Assembly: GCF_018350175.1 (NCBI RefSeq)
Contig: NC_058382.1
Location: 55,616,001 to 55,680,000 of the forward strand
Length of the DNA stretch: 64,000 nucleotides
Source: Felis catus
Lineage: Eukaryota
Direction of reading: 5' to 3'
Shown here: one piece after another, positions 36,511-48,788 of the stretch
How the letters are laid out: every line of letters starts with the position of its first letter
Numbering within the stretch: position 1 is the stretch's first letter
Translations under genes and position numbers: made by a program
Notes under the pieces: model-generated
Databases searched by the model: none
Seen by the model: the letters and a program-made list of their open reading frames with translations, nothing else
What the model was told of the DNA's origin: nothing

Positions 36511-37432
36511 TCTTCCTTGTTCTTAGAAAAGAAGCGGACTTTGATTGCCTAGGTAACAACTTAGTTTTCTTACCGTTTCATTCTCATTACACTCAACGTT
36601 CTTCCCTCCCATCCCAAACTACCCTGGAAAGAGCTGAGCCCTCTCCTCAGATGAAACTACACAACCATATCTTCAAGGCTGCAGGCTGATCGTTTCTTCT
36701 GGGGCTTCTCAGGGGGTGTTTGGTTACTGCAGGAAAAGGGCCTCACTTGAGCTGGCCTGTGGCTCAGAGCAGACTAGACGCAGGAAACAGAGTTGAATGC
36801 CCTTTACTTCGTCTCAACCAGACCCAGTGATGTCTTGGGGCCAGCTGCTAATGGAGGACAAGGGGGTAGAGAGGCTAGTCCCTGTTCCCAAGGCCTGAAG
36901 GGTGGCAATCTATCACTGGTGCTCAGATTCCTTTTCAGGGCCGAGGTCATTAATAGAAAAAACACTTCAGATATCCTGGTTCTGTAAGGATTGCAGTATT
37001 CCCTGCAGCAAATTTCTAAATCTCTATAATGATTAAAGCAGACAGTCACCAAACCACTCAGTAAGGGAGAAAATAAAGATAGCCTTCAGGGTTAGGTAAA
37101 GGAACAAAAATACACCTGAGCAGGAGGCCTGTCAGGAGACAGGAAGTTTTTCTCTTCTCCCTTTAACAGTGGCTGTTGACTGGCAGAAACAAGACTGCGG
37201 GAGATAGAGAGTGTCTATTACTGGGAGCTGCTATCTCCAAAGGAGAGCAGTTGAAATGAGCAAACAGGGCTGTCACTGGGATGAAGGGGTCCATGGGCTT
37301 CCCGTGCCTTCTAGCTTCTCCATCTTATTTTGCTTTGTCTGATGTACAAGGCATTAAGAGCAGCATTGAATAAGCATCAGCTTCCAGACCAGACAGCAAC
37401 AACCCACTAGCTATGATTGCTGTTTATTATGA

Positions 37433-37972
37433 CTGTGTTGGACACAGATTGATTCTGCCCATTTGGGGTCCCTTGTCTATTTCCTTTGGTAATGGCACAT
37501 TGATTTTTCTTGGGGAGCCAACCCTTCCCCACTCCCAGTGTGTGCGGTTTGGGTGGTTGGCCTCACCACCTCTAGATCTCACTGTGGGCTTGAAACTGAA
37601 ACAAGGCCATTAGGATATGCTGTCCCTCAGGCCTAGAGAACGGTTCAAGGATGGGCAGGTGAGTTGAAGTGATCCACCTAAGACCGTCCTGAGTTTCCTC
37701 TGTAACTATTGGGAAACTTGCGCAGGAGTTACTGAAAGTATAGGCTGTGAATCTGGAGCGGCTGGCAGCCATCTTGCCCCAACACGGAGAGAGCATGGCT
37801 GAGAATACAACAAGATCCTGGAAAGATGAACCAAGAAGTTAGAGAATCTAGAGGAGTTCATCTGCGCACCTAGATCCAGCTGAGCCTAAAGCTGATGTTC
37901 CCAGTAACCCCCATGTTGTTTAAACTAGTTTCAGTTGAGTTTCTATTCCTTGCAATCAAAAGAGACTAATTT
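37433..37972 (+). mobile_element. MLT1K-like MaLR LTR
   Basis: tgtgttggaca...ttggtaatggcac...ggcagccatcttgcc...cctagatccagctg...gagtttctattccttgcaatcaaaagag. Confidence 0.75.
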
Positions 37973-38959
37973 CGCATTTATTTTCACATCATTATAATTC
38001 ATAGCTTTCATTTATTGAGAAGTTACTATGTTGCAGCCTGCACTAAGCGCTTTTGTTTAAGAAAGGGTAATTTAGGGAATGTCATAACATGGAGGAGCTC
38101 TAGGACCATCTAGCCGAGGGGTTCTTACCCAGGATCCATGGACTCACGGAGAGTCCCTGCTTATTTCAGAGAGCTTTTTAGAGTCTGGCTTTTATGCAGA
38201 ATCTTGAGCACTGAATTTTTTCCTGGCAAGAGGGTCTATAACTCTTATCCAATCCTCACATAGTTTGTGGTCCTAGATCCTCTTCTTTATATCACACAAA
38301 ACCTTTCCTTTTGTCATGGGAAGATTGGATTCCAGTCCTTATTCCTCCACTGAATGAGTTTGGGGATATTGACTTGCTACTTCTTGAAATGCAGCGTGAG
38401 GATCTATGGAACTGGATTTATGGTTCTCATGAAACTTTTACAAACGTAGAAGAAGGTGCTTTAAGTCTGTTTCTCCTTTTTGGTGGCTGCTTTGGGGCTT
38501 GCCCCTGATACCAGCTCCCATTCCCAACTTCTTTGAGACTCAGTTTCCTCCCACAAAAAAAGAGACGTTTAAAAGTGTTGCCCTGTGTGCTTTACGGGGC
38601 GATAAGCTGAGGGCAGGATAGTACTGGTCTCCTGGCCCTGCCTCTGCTTGCATTCTTCCATGCAAGGTGTTTGCTGCTTTCAGGCTGGTTGCAGCTTCTA
38701 GTCTGGGGTGCCTGCCTGCTTGCATTCCATGTTCCCAGTAGCATCACTGATATCCTGGACTGGCTTGTGTACATGAGAGCCTGTTCATTAAGTTACTGTA
38801 TATAGTTCTTCTTAACAAACACATAAAGGAAACATTCAGAATGTCGCTTGCAGAGCAAATGAACAAAAATAGATGGGCCATCTGATACAGAGAGAGATCT
38901 TCTCTTAGCTGGTGGATTTTATGTCCCCTAACACAAGGCTAAGTCCTCCAGAACGAGTT

Positions 38960-39560
38960 TGTTCACTAGTGCACTTATTCACTCATTTGTGTGAATATTG
39001 AGGAACAACTCTGTGCCCAGCTCTGGGCTGAGAAGATGGGGGGTGTGAGTGCAAGCAGTGCCAGATTCCTACCCTCAGGGGGCTCATGTCCCAGTGATGG
39101 GACAGACACCCAAACAAATAATTGCAACCCAACGCAGTGGGCGATAAGACAGGTGTTAGGAAAGTATGGTGTGAAGACAGAAGAGGAAAGCGACTAAGTT
39201 CTAGGGTGATGTGTGGGAAGGCTTCAGAGAGGAGGGGACATTTGATCTAGGTTTTGAAAGATGAGGAAGAGTTTGCCAGGCAGAAGAGGCAGGAAATTTC
39301 CACTGGGAAAGAGGAGGCTTCTCTGTGGATTGTGGTCCTGTGAAGGAGCAGAGTCTTGCTGGGCTGGGTGCTTGTGGTGATATGGGGATGTACACAGGTA
39401 CAGTTGGGAGATGGCCAGGCGCTGGTGGCCAGGGGCTGTGGCATGGCTGCTTAGGAGTGGTTCCTGCCTTCTGCAGGCCCGTGACAGGTTTTTGTTTTTG
39501 TTTTTTGTTTTCTCCCAAGCAGGCAAGTGGTGTGATTAAATGTTTTAAGGGAAAGGAAAG
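38960..39560 (-). mobile_element. L2 3' fragment
   Basis: ttattcactcatttg...ctctgtgcccagctctgggct...ggaaggcttcagagaggaggggacatttgatctagg. Confidence 0.75.
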
Positions 39561-39779
39561 AGGAAATATTGGATGTCCAAGTAAAAGAGAATAAAGGAAG
39601 GAATCCACTATTCGAAAAGCAGTGAATCCCAACTCAGGCTGCACATTAAATCACCAGGGGACCTTTAAAAAAGAGCCATGTCTGATCCCTCTTGTTGCCA
39701 ATTGAATCAGTTTCTGGGGGTGGAGTCTAAGTATCTTTTTTGTTTGTTTTGGTTTTGTTTTCTTAAGTTTCCTAAGTGA

Positions 39780-40316
39780 TTATATGATTATATACATTAA
39801 AAAATATATAAAATTATATATAAATATATAATATATATAATTATATAAAATATATATACAAAAGAAATTATATATATAATATAACATATGTATATATAGA
39901 TCTTTTTTTTTTTTGCGAGAGAGAGAGAGCTTGAGCACATGAGAGGGGCAGCAGGAGAGAGAGAGAGAATCTTAAGCAGGCTCCACACTCAGGGTGAGCC
40001 ACACATGGGACTCAATGTCATGACTGACCGTGAGATCATGAGCTGAGCCAAAATCAAGAGTTGAATACTTGTGGGGCCTGGGTGGCTCCGTCGATTAAGC
40101 GTCTGACTTCAGCTCAGGTCATGATCTCATAGTTCGTGGGTTCAAGCTCCGCATCAGGCTCTGTGCTGATAGCTCAGAGCCAGGATCCTGCTTGGGACTC
40201 TGAGTCTCCCTCTCTCTGCCCCTCCCTGGCTTGCTGTCTCTCTCTCTCTCTCAAAAACAAACATTAAAAAAAAAAAAAAAAGAGTTGGACACTTAACCAA
40301 CTGAGCCCAGAGGCCC
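39780..40316 (-). mobile_element. Can-SINE (outer) with AT-rich (TA)n tail, split by an opposite-strand SINE
   Basis: Body to aatcaagagttg at ~40060; head resumes ggacacttaaccaactgagcc at ~40287. Confidence 0.85.
40071..40280 (+). mobile_element. Can-SINE (inner, inverted relative to host)
   Basis: gcctgggtggctccgtcg...poly-A; TSD aagagttg(a/g)a(t/c)actt. Confidence 0.92.
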
Positions 40317-40454
40317 CTCCAAACTGATTCTAATGAGCAGCCCAGGTTTGAGAACTACCGCTTTAGGGTTTCTTGGATACACTCAATTATGTTGAGCACA
40401 GAGTATAAGGAAGGCAACACAGGCCAGAGATTGTGATTGAATAGGGCTGTAATC

Positions 40455-40615
40455 TACTTTTTATTTTTACTTTTTAAATTTTTATTTAAATTCTAGTTTA
40501 GTTTAAATACAGTGCGATATTGGTTTCAGGAGCAGAATTCAGTGATACATCACTTACATACAACACTCAGTGCTCATCCTGATAAGTGCCCTCCTTAATC
40601 CCCATTACCCATCTA
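40455..40615 (-). mobile_element. Carnivore L1 extreme 3' end (5'-truncated)
   Basis: ttggtttcaggagcagaattcagtgatacatcacttacatacaacactcagtgctcatcc...gtgccctccttaat, recalled as the carnivore L1 3'UTR terminus in reverse. Confidence 0.75.
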
Positions 40616-40638
40616 GAAACATTTTTAAAAGATTTTTA

Positions 40639-40852
40639 CCTATCTATCTATCTAAGTTTATGTATTTATTTTGAGAGTGATTGTGAGTACGAGTGAGGTG
40701 GAGGCAAAGAGAGAGGGAGAGAGAATCCTAAGCAGGCTCCACACTGCCAGGCCAGAGCCTGATGTGGGACTCAGTCCTACAAACTGTGAGTTCATGACCT
40801 GAATCGAAATCAAGAGTCGGACACGTAACCTACTGAGCCACGCAGGGGCTCC
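40639..40852 (-). mobile_element. Can-SINE inserted in the tail of a short SINE
   Basis: Full body; aagatttt on both flanks. Confidence 0.9.
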
Positions 40853-40958
40853 TTTAAGATTTTATTTGTAAGTAATCACTACACACAACTTGGGGCTTGA
40901 ACTTACAACCCTGAGATCAAGAGTCACATGCTCTAGTGACTGAAACGGCCAGGTGCCT
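40853..40958 (-). mobile_element. Short old tRNA-derived Can-SINE lacking the (CT)n segment
   Basis: ggggcttgaacttacaaccctgagatcaagagtcacatgctcta...ccaggtgcc. Confidence 0.8.
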
Positions 40959-40979
40959 GAGTAGGGCTGTAATAAAAAT

Positions 40980-42140
40980 AAATAAATAAACTTAATTTTA
41001 GAATAGTTTTAGATTTACAGAAACATTGCAGAGATAGTGCAGAGATTTCCCATATACCCTAAGCCCAGTTTCCTGTATTACTAATATTTTACATTTGTCA
41101 CAATTAATTAACCAATATTAATATATTCTTATTAACTAAAGTCCATACTTTATTCCAATTACCTTATTTTTTAGCTAATGGCCTTTTTCTGTCCTAGGAT
41201 TCCATCCAGGATATTATATTACATTTACTTGTCATGTCCCCTTGGCTGCTGCAATTTCTCAGATTTCTCTTGTTTTTGATAACTTCACAGTTGTTAAGAG
41301 TACCAGTAAGGTATTTTATGGACTATCCCACACTTAAGATTTGTCTGATATTTCTCATGGACTGTGGTTATGGGTTTTTTTGTTTTTTTTTAAACCACAG
41401 GGGTAGGTGCCATTCTCATCACGTAGTATCAGTAGGTATACTATCAACATGACTTATCACTTTGATGATGACCTTGATCATGTGGCTGATGTCATATTTG
41501 TACACTTTAGAAAGAAGTCACTGTGCACAGCCCACGCTGAAAGAGTGAAGAATTAAGTTCCCTCTCCTTGAGGGTAGAATATCTACATAAATTATTTGGA
41601 ATTTTTCTTTATGAGAGTGTTTTCTATTTCCTTCCTTCCTTCCTCCCTCCCTCTCCTTCTCCCTCCTTCCTTCTTTTCTTTGTTCCTTCCTTTTCTCCTT
41701 CCTTCCTTCCTTCCTTCCTTCCTTCCTTCCTTCCTTCCTTCCTTCCTTCCTTCCTTCCTTCCTTCCTCCCTTCCTCCCTTCCTCCCTTCCTCCCTTCCTC
41801 CCTTCCTCCCTTCTTTCCCTCGATATGGACACATGGTTATATATATACGTTATACCTTCGGGTTCTATCCAATACTACTTTATTTTCTTGCTCAAATTGT
41901 TTCAGTTTTGGCCATTGGGAGTGCCTTTGGTTGATTCTCTATTTGACACATCTACATCATTGTGGGCTACCCCCCCTCCAGTACTTTCTTACTTTCTTGC
42001 ACCCTCTGTAGCTCAGGGCTCATCTGTATATGCCTATTTTCTAGAATCAGCCCTGGTTCCTTGAATTGGACAATGATATTAGAAACCAACATTTGAGTAC
42101 TAGTTTTTTTGCTCATTGCTCCTGGGGTGTTTTGCTTCTA
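40980..42140 (-). mobile_element. L1MC-type 3' end
   Basis: ttttagaatagttttagatttacagaaa...attaactaaagtccatact...ggattccatccaggat...ttttggccattggga. Confidence 0.8.
41626..41820. repeat. (TTCC)n / (CTTCCTCC)n microsatellite
   Basis: Directly visible. Confidence 0.97.
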
Positions 42141-42186
42141 ATAAGCCTGTATTTTGTAAATTTTAATGGTTAAATCAATTTTATTG

Positions 42187-42396
42187 GAGCACCTGGGTGG
42201 CTCAGTAGGCTAAGCATCAGGCTCTTGGTTTTGGCTCAGGTCATGATCTCACAGTTTGTGGGACTGAGCTCTGCATGAGACTCTGTGCTGCAGCGGGGCA
42301 CCTGCTTGGGATTCTCTCTCTCCCTCTCTCTCTGTCCCTCCCTCACTTGCACCATCTCTGTCTCTCTCAAAATAAATAAATCAACTGTTTAAAAAA
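42187..42396 (+). mobile_element. Can-SINE
   Basis: ggagcacctgggtggctcag head; TSD taaatcaatttt. Confidence 0.94.
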
Positions 42397-42399
42397 GTT

Positions 42400-42850
42400 A
42401 TAAATCAATTTTGCTGAGGTATACTTTACATAAAATAAAATGCTCCCACTTTAAGTGTACACTTTGATAAGTTTGGACAAATTTATATACCCATAAGCTC
42501 CTACAAGTAGAGTTGCCACCACTCCAATCAAGGTTGAGAACATTCCCACATTTTTGTGCCATTTCCCCTTCACTCTCCACTCCCCTCTCTCCCTGCCCTG
42601 TCACTGTAGAGTAAATTTGTCTTTTCTAGAGTTTCATGTAAGTGGAAACATACAGTATGTACTTTTGTGTCTGGTTTCTTTGCCTTACTGTAACATTTTG
42701 AGATTCAGACATGTTATACTTATCAATCGCTTGCTGTATTGATTGTTGAATAAAATTTCAATGTGTGGAGATACCAATTTAGATTATCCATTCACCAGTT
42801 AATGGACATTTGGGTTGTTTCTAGATTTTGGTTACTACGAATAAATATAA
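42400..42850 (-). mobile_element. L1MB/ME-type 3' end
   Basis: ttgctgaggtatactttacata...tttaagtgtaca...ttcatgtaagtggaaacatacagtatg...tggacatttgggttgtttc. Confidence 0.85.
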
Positions 42851-43519
42851 CTACATTTCAACTAGCATTCCCCTATGATTCTGATGTTGACGGTATGAAG
42901 AACCCCAGTGAGAATAATTTTAATGTTATTTTGAAAGAGAGTCCCTTCTGGTATCTCTCATTTTATCATTCTTGTGTAACATGTTTAGGGTAGTTTGAAT
43001 TCTTAAACCCTGATCACAAATTGAGAAGATAATAGCTTTTGTCTTCTGTTAACTCATCTGTGATTTAGGTGATCTCATCAGACCTTTCCCTGGGCCTGAG
43101 GCTCTCCAGTCTAAGATGTTTCTCAGCCTTTGAAATTGGTCTTATGTCCTTCAAGTTTCTTGAGCTCTCTCTGTGACTCTGCTTCTAAATTCTCCAGCCA
43201 GCCTGAGGATTTCCTTTGTATTTTCTCTCTCTCTCTCTCTCTTTTTTTCTCCTGTTCTCTGTGAAAGAAATCATGTCAAACCAAAGTTATGTTTTTCTTT
43301 TCCTAAAGCAGTGGGCATATAATCCCCTTTTGTGGCTCATGTTTTATTACTAAGCTCAGCGGAAAAATAAACCACATTTACTTTTTGATGTTAAAGAACA
43401 GAAACTTACAAGAGCAACAGAATATTATTGAATTCCCATCTTATTCATCATCCATCTTGTTTTCTCATTTAGCTTCTCTGTTGCTCCCCACAATCCCTTA
43501 CCACTTCTGTACATTAATA

Positions 43520-43865
43520 TTGTATCAGCTGTGATAAAACATAACCCCCACGTTTCCAAGTTCATTTCTCACTCCTGTCAAACTCCAGTGCAAGTTTTCT
43601 GGTTGAACAACTTTCTCCCGAGTGGTGATTTGGGAGCTCAGACTTCTGTCTTATGATTCTGCTGTCTTCAACAGGTGACTCTTAAGTTGCCATGGGAGTC
43701 CTTTCTATTCAAGACCACCCAGAAGGGACAAAAGCATGGAGAGCATCTCCTGTTGGAAGTTCTCATGGGCCAAGCTTAGAAGCAGCTCACATCACTTCTG
43801 CCCAGGTTCTGTGGGCCAGACTCCGTCCCATGGCCACATAGCTGCAGAGGAGGCCCAAGAGAAAA
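43520..43865 (-). mobile_element. Old MaLR LTR (MLT1J-like)
   Basis: tgtatcagctgtgataaaaca...ttcatttctcactc...cacatcacttctgccc...catggccaca. Confidence 0.6.
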
Positions 43866-44174
43866 AGGGAACCCAGGCCACCATCATGGTGATGCTTCTT
43901 TCCTTCTTTTCTTAGCCTTAGTGCTTCCACTGGGCACATGTGCAACACAGGGCAGGGGTGCTGAACATTTTCTTGAGTCTTTTGTCAGCTTTCACTGTCA
44001 GCCTTTGCCTCTGGGTTCCTTGAGGGGAAGTTTTACTGCACAGTAAGTTTCACCGGAGTAAAAATCTTGTCTCCCTTTACCCCACGTTACATTACTAGTA
44101 CATAGCATAGTTTCTGGCATTGCATGGGTGCTCAATAAATATTTATCGAATGGATTTTTCTAAAATGAATTTTT

Positions 44175-44394
44175 AAAAAATTTTTTTTTCAACGTTTTTA
44201 TTTATTTTTGGGACAGAGAGAGACAGAGCATGAACGGGGGAGGGGCAGAGAGAGAGGGAGACACAGAATTGGAAACAGGCTCCAGGCTCCGAGCCATCAG
44301 CCCAGAGCCTGACGCGGCGCTCGAACTCACGGACTGCGAGATCATGACCTGGCTGAAGTCGGACACTTAACCGACTGCGCCACCCAGGAGCCCC
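44175..44394 (-). mobile_element. Young felid SINEC_Fc-type SINE
   Basis: Perfect TSD taaaatgaattttt (44161-44174 / 44395-44408); next to an L2 tail (gctcaataaatattt). Confidence 0.97.
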
Positions 44395-44579
44395 TAAAAT
44401 GAATTTTTGAGTTGAAGTTTTATCTTGGCTGGGTGCCCCTGGAGTGTGTGCAGGCCACCAGCAGGTGGCAGTGTGGTTTGAAGTGTGCACACAGAAGCAG
44501 GGAGGTAAGAGAACTGCCTGGTGGCCCAGCTCCTGCCCGATCTTGGGTGCCAGGTCTGGGGTGGAAACGGGGTGAGTGC

Positions 44580-44810
44580 AATAGAGTAATAATTACTGGG
44601 TGTTTACCATGTGCTGGGGCCATACATAAAACTGTGCTATATTGACCCTGTTAATTCTCCCAAGAACCACAGGCAGTTGGATGGGTTGCTGTCTGTATTT
44701 TGTAGATGAGGATTCTGATTCACAGAGTGGTTAGCTTAATCAAGATCATGTAGCTAGAAAGGAGCAGAGTCAGGATTTGAATGCAGGCTCCTAACCATCA
44801 GGCCAAATTG
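44580..44810 (-). mobile_element. MIR
   Basis: attttgtagatgagg...caagatcatgtagctag...cagagtcaggatttgaa. Confidence 0.75.
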
Positions 44811-47084
44811 TCCAGAAGGCCGTTAGGTCTTAGGGCTCAAGGAAATTCTCACCTTGGGGAGGAGCTAGTCAATGTGCAGGTCAAGGGAGCCCTTTTAGGT
44901 GTTAAAGGCCAAGCAGGGGACTGGGGAGCACTGGGTTAGGGGCCCTGCCATACTCAGGCTCCTCCTTACTGGGAGTGGTATGGCAAGGGTTGCTGAGAGG
45001 GAGGGCAGAGCCTCCAGGGTGGCTTGGTACCAGCTACTATAAGAACAGTGGATGCCAGGCAGGGACAGACTCACAGATGTGGCCATGAAAGACTAGAGTT
45101 GAGAACATGCTAGAAATTCTCCAGAGGGGATTTCAGCTCTATTAAAGGGCTGACTCACAATTTCCAAATGACATCTGGCAGAAATCTGGGCTTTTAGGAG
45201 ACACCTGGATAGCCTGTGGTATTGATGGGGAGAGAAAGCAGGGGAGGGTCCTGGGTCCTCCTCTCAATATCATCTGATACAAAACTACAGTTACCTCTTT
45301 TATGTATTGGGGTTCTATGTAGGAGTTTGTTTACTTTTCTTTTTAAGTCTCTGTTTTGGTAACCATCCAGCTAAATGGCTCCTAGAATCCTCCTTTTGAA
45401 CTTGAAGTGGAAATGGTATTAGAAGCCTGCTGACCTAAAGTTGGAGTGTGTATCGTGGGCTGACTGGAGAGTCCACTTAGATGGCTTAGGATGAGGCCTT
45501 TGCACCTGCTCTTTCCACCCTCACCGCCCTTGCCCTGTCCCACCGTCCTCCTCATACATCATGCAGAAGAGAAATGGCCGTGATGGACCCAGCCAGGGGG
45601 AAATGTGAGCGGCAGCTCAGAAACCCTCTGGTTTGGACCATGCAGTCTTGTTTCCATCCTAGCCTGAGCCCCACACAAGCCCAGCTCAAGAGCATGCCCG
45701 GCTCATTATCTGAAAGAAATGGCCTGAGTGGTGGCCTGTGGAGAGTGAGGAGGAAAAATAGAAATAGTAACATTGATTTATTTGGGACAGAAAGATCCAC
45801 AGACTGGGGAAACAGGGAGAGAGCAATCATAAAGCTGGCTCGGTTTTGCAACCTGCCGGGGGCAGAGACCATCACAGTGCATGGTAGAGAAGGCAGACGA
45901 GGTGGACACAGGGAGAGTGGTCCCTTCCTCCTCATCACAGAACAATAAAGCTGGAAGTCAAAGATGAAATAGATGGGCTTAGAGCCCCTAGGACCTTGGC
46001 TAATGGCAGGCCTAGCGTCTACTTTGTGATAGGCTGCCTGCATTTGTATTGATGTGTTCTCTGCAGCTACTCTGTAGGAGCTGTTTGATAACAAAGGCTT
46101 GGAAGGGCAGACAGGCTTTTCTTTCCACATCAGCCCCACTGCTCAGCTATAGCTGTCAGCTTAGCCGCTGCCAAGAGGCCCACCTTGCCTGCTTCTCCTG
46201 TGGGGCTACAGGGGCCTCAAAGGGCAGAACCCTCCAGCTGGGTGACTCCTGGGTGGCATCTGTCTCTGGGATCAGGGTCTTCTTTGGACAGCTCTGGGAC
46301 CCTGCAGGCCCAGTCTGTGGGGTCTGAGAGGTCACATGAAGGAGGTTCCTCATAACCAGGTCTATTTGGGGATTCAGGAACCCCATGGCCCATTTCATCA
46401 CCTACCGATTCTGCAAATTGCTGCAAATCAGAATAGGGAGAAGCACTTTTATTTTTTTTCTTTAAGGGTTGGAGAGGATTTTACTGCATAAATTGAAGCA
46501 TCTCCCCAGGTGGTACTTTCTCTGGGGCTGAAGGACATGCAGGAATTGTAGGAACTTTGCTTCCCCAACAGTTCAGAAGTACAGGAGGTGGCAGAAAACC
46601 AGCACCCACTTGGAAGAGTCTAAAATATTTTTCACTGAAAACCTTGTGCCTGGAATTAGGTGTTCAAGACACATTCAATGACGTGGCCGAAGAGTTGATA
46701 CACACACCTGGGCTGCTCTTGTCCCATGAGACTGGGGCCCTGGGAGCAACATGACTAAAATATCTGGGTGTGGGTGCATGCGAGTATGGGGTCACCAGAT
46801 CTGTTCTTAGTTCTGGATTACCATGATATGCTAGGGCACAATTGCTTCCCCTGATCCTGAAACCCTGGAGCCCTGATCATCCTTCCCACGTGTTTGTTGA
46901 CCATTTTCTACCTTGATTGGGGTTGGAGGGAAACACTTGCAGCCTAGAGGTGGTGGTTAATGGTCACTAGAACACCTGGATTCCCAGTCTAGCTCTGGCT
47001 TTCAAGCTGTAGAAGCTTGGACATGTTCCTCAGCTGCTTGATAGCTCAGTTTCCTTATCTGTCAAGAGCAAATGATAATGGTCA

Positions 47085-47535
47085 TACCCTGGACATTTCC
47101 CTTTTGTCCCTCCCTATTCATTCTCCTTCCTTCTCCATCCTTCTTTGTGCGGAAGAGGTTGACTTATGTGGGTTGCATCAATGGGCTTCCTTGTTCTGTA
47201 GAGTCTGAATGGTTAATGGGACTTGTCAGCAGGAAACTGGAGAAAGGGAATTTATTCCCCAACCTCCCTGCTTTATGGGTCCCTGTGAGTTGGTCTCATC
47301 CTCTTTCCTACTTAGGGTGGCTTCCTCCAGGGGCTGGTACCTACTCCTCCCCTTGCAAGTTCTTTCAGACCCAGGGAAGTGATAGCTTCCTGCTGATGCC
47401 AGCTTTGGGGTACTACACCAGTGCCTGCTGGTCCCTGGGACACTGCCTACACCTTTGTAAATGGCCTTTTATGAAGCTCTCCTCAATCACCTCGTTTGAA
47501 TGTGCCGTCTGCGTCCTGCCAGGACCCTACAGGAA
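47085..47535 (+). mobile_element. LTR33-like ERVL solo LTR inserted in a MIR (MIR ~46945-47650)
   Basis: tgcatcaatgggcttccttg...atttattcccc...cacctttgtaaatggcctttt...tttgaatgtgccgtctgcgtcctgccaggaccct; MIR halves on either side. Confidence 0.7.
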
Positions 47536-47756
47536 CCTCTTATGATGATAACATTTTCTAGAGTGGCCACGATAACTAAATGAGTTCATATGTGAAAAGC
47601 TTAAAATGGTGCCCAGTGCATAGGGTGGGCTTGTTAAATTTTAGCTGCTGCATGAGTCTTAATTCTTCTTATGTTGTTATGCTATCTCTAAGTAACAGAA
47701 GCATGTCAGATCATGGGCACTTGATTTCATGGCCATTTGGCTATTCTATCATGTTT

Positions 47757-47945
47757 TTTTTTTTTCAAAGTTTACTTATTTTGAGAGAGAGAGAGTAAAT
47801 GGGGGAGAGGCAGAGAGAGAATCCCAAGGAGTCTCCAGACTGTCAGCTGAGAGCCCCACATGGGGTCTGAATCCACGAACTGTGAGATCACGACCTGAGC
47901 TGAAATCAAGAGTCCTTAAGTGACTCTTAGCCACCCAGGTGTCCC
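47757..47945 (-). mobile_element. Can-SINE
   Basis: TSD ttctatcatgttt. Confidence 0.93.
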
Positions 47946-48159
47946 TTCTATCATGTTTCTGACCGTTACGTGTTCTTCCCCTCTGAGGTGTGGTGTGGGT
48001 TGATGGGTGGGTTAGCTAGTGCCACTTCTGAGCTCACCAGTCTCCTTCTCACACTGTGCTCGACTATAGCCTCCTTCCAGGGTTTTCTTGAGCCCTATGT
48101 CATGGCTCAACTCCAGAGGTCTAAACACAGACATGGGGAGCATAACCTGTTTGTAGTGG

Positions 48160-48600
48160 TGTTTGTTCAGTCACACAAAGCTGAAGGGTGTGTGGTTGGA
48201 CAACCATCCCCACTTTCTAGTTTTAGAAACTTTCCATCATCCAAAGATATCCCTCATGCCTGTTTGAAGTCACCTCCTCTTTCCCCCAACTCCCCAGTGC
48301 CCTGGCAGGCACAGATTGAATTTCTGTATCTGTAGATTTTCCTTTTTGGACATTTCATGTAAATGGAATTAAATAATACATGGCCTTTTGTGTCTGTCTT
48401 CTTTCACTTAGCATAATGTTTTCGAGATCTATTTATGTTGTAACATGTCATCAGTACTTCATTCCTTTTTATTACCGAATAATATTCCATGGTATGGATA
48501 TATCACATTTTATGTTTCCATCTCCTGTGGTTGAGCATTTCAATTGTTTCCATTTTTTTGGTTATTATGACTAATGCTGCTATGAACAGCTGCATATATC
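48160..48600 (-). mobile_element. L1MB-type 3' fragment
   Basis: ggacatttcatgtaaatggaat...cttctttcacttagcataatgtttt...aataatattccat. Confidence 0.85.
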
Positions 48601-48671
48601 ACATAGGCTATTTGTTGATGACTTGACTTGTGTCATGAGAATTTAAGCTCTGTGAAAGCCAAGTTTGTTCT

Positions 48672-48788
48672 ATATCATATAAAACAATATATCAATATAT
48701 ATACAATTAGTATATATGTGTACAATGAATATACATATACATATATATAATATATATATAAATATAAATATAAATATATATATATAAT
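48672..48788. repeat. (TA)-rich low-complexity tract
   Basis: Directly visible. Confidence 0.85.

Larger units (their letters stand above)
39618..40362. mobile_element. MER5A-like element split by nested SINEs
   Basis: gcagtgaatcccaactcaggctgcacattaaatcacc... resumes tgattctaatgagcagcccaggtttgagaactacc. Confidence 0.75.

Noticed and set aside
40853..40958. tRNA gene
   Set aside because: tRNA-like sequence belongs to a decayed SINE with an A-rich tail; no intact cloverleaf
45552..46139. Longest ORF (195 aa, minus) and 15436-15999 (187 aa, plus)
   Set aside because: No domain-like features; the second overlaps L2 sequence; lengths are compatible with chance in six frames
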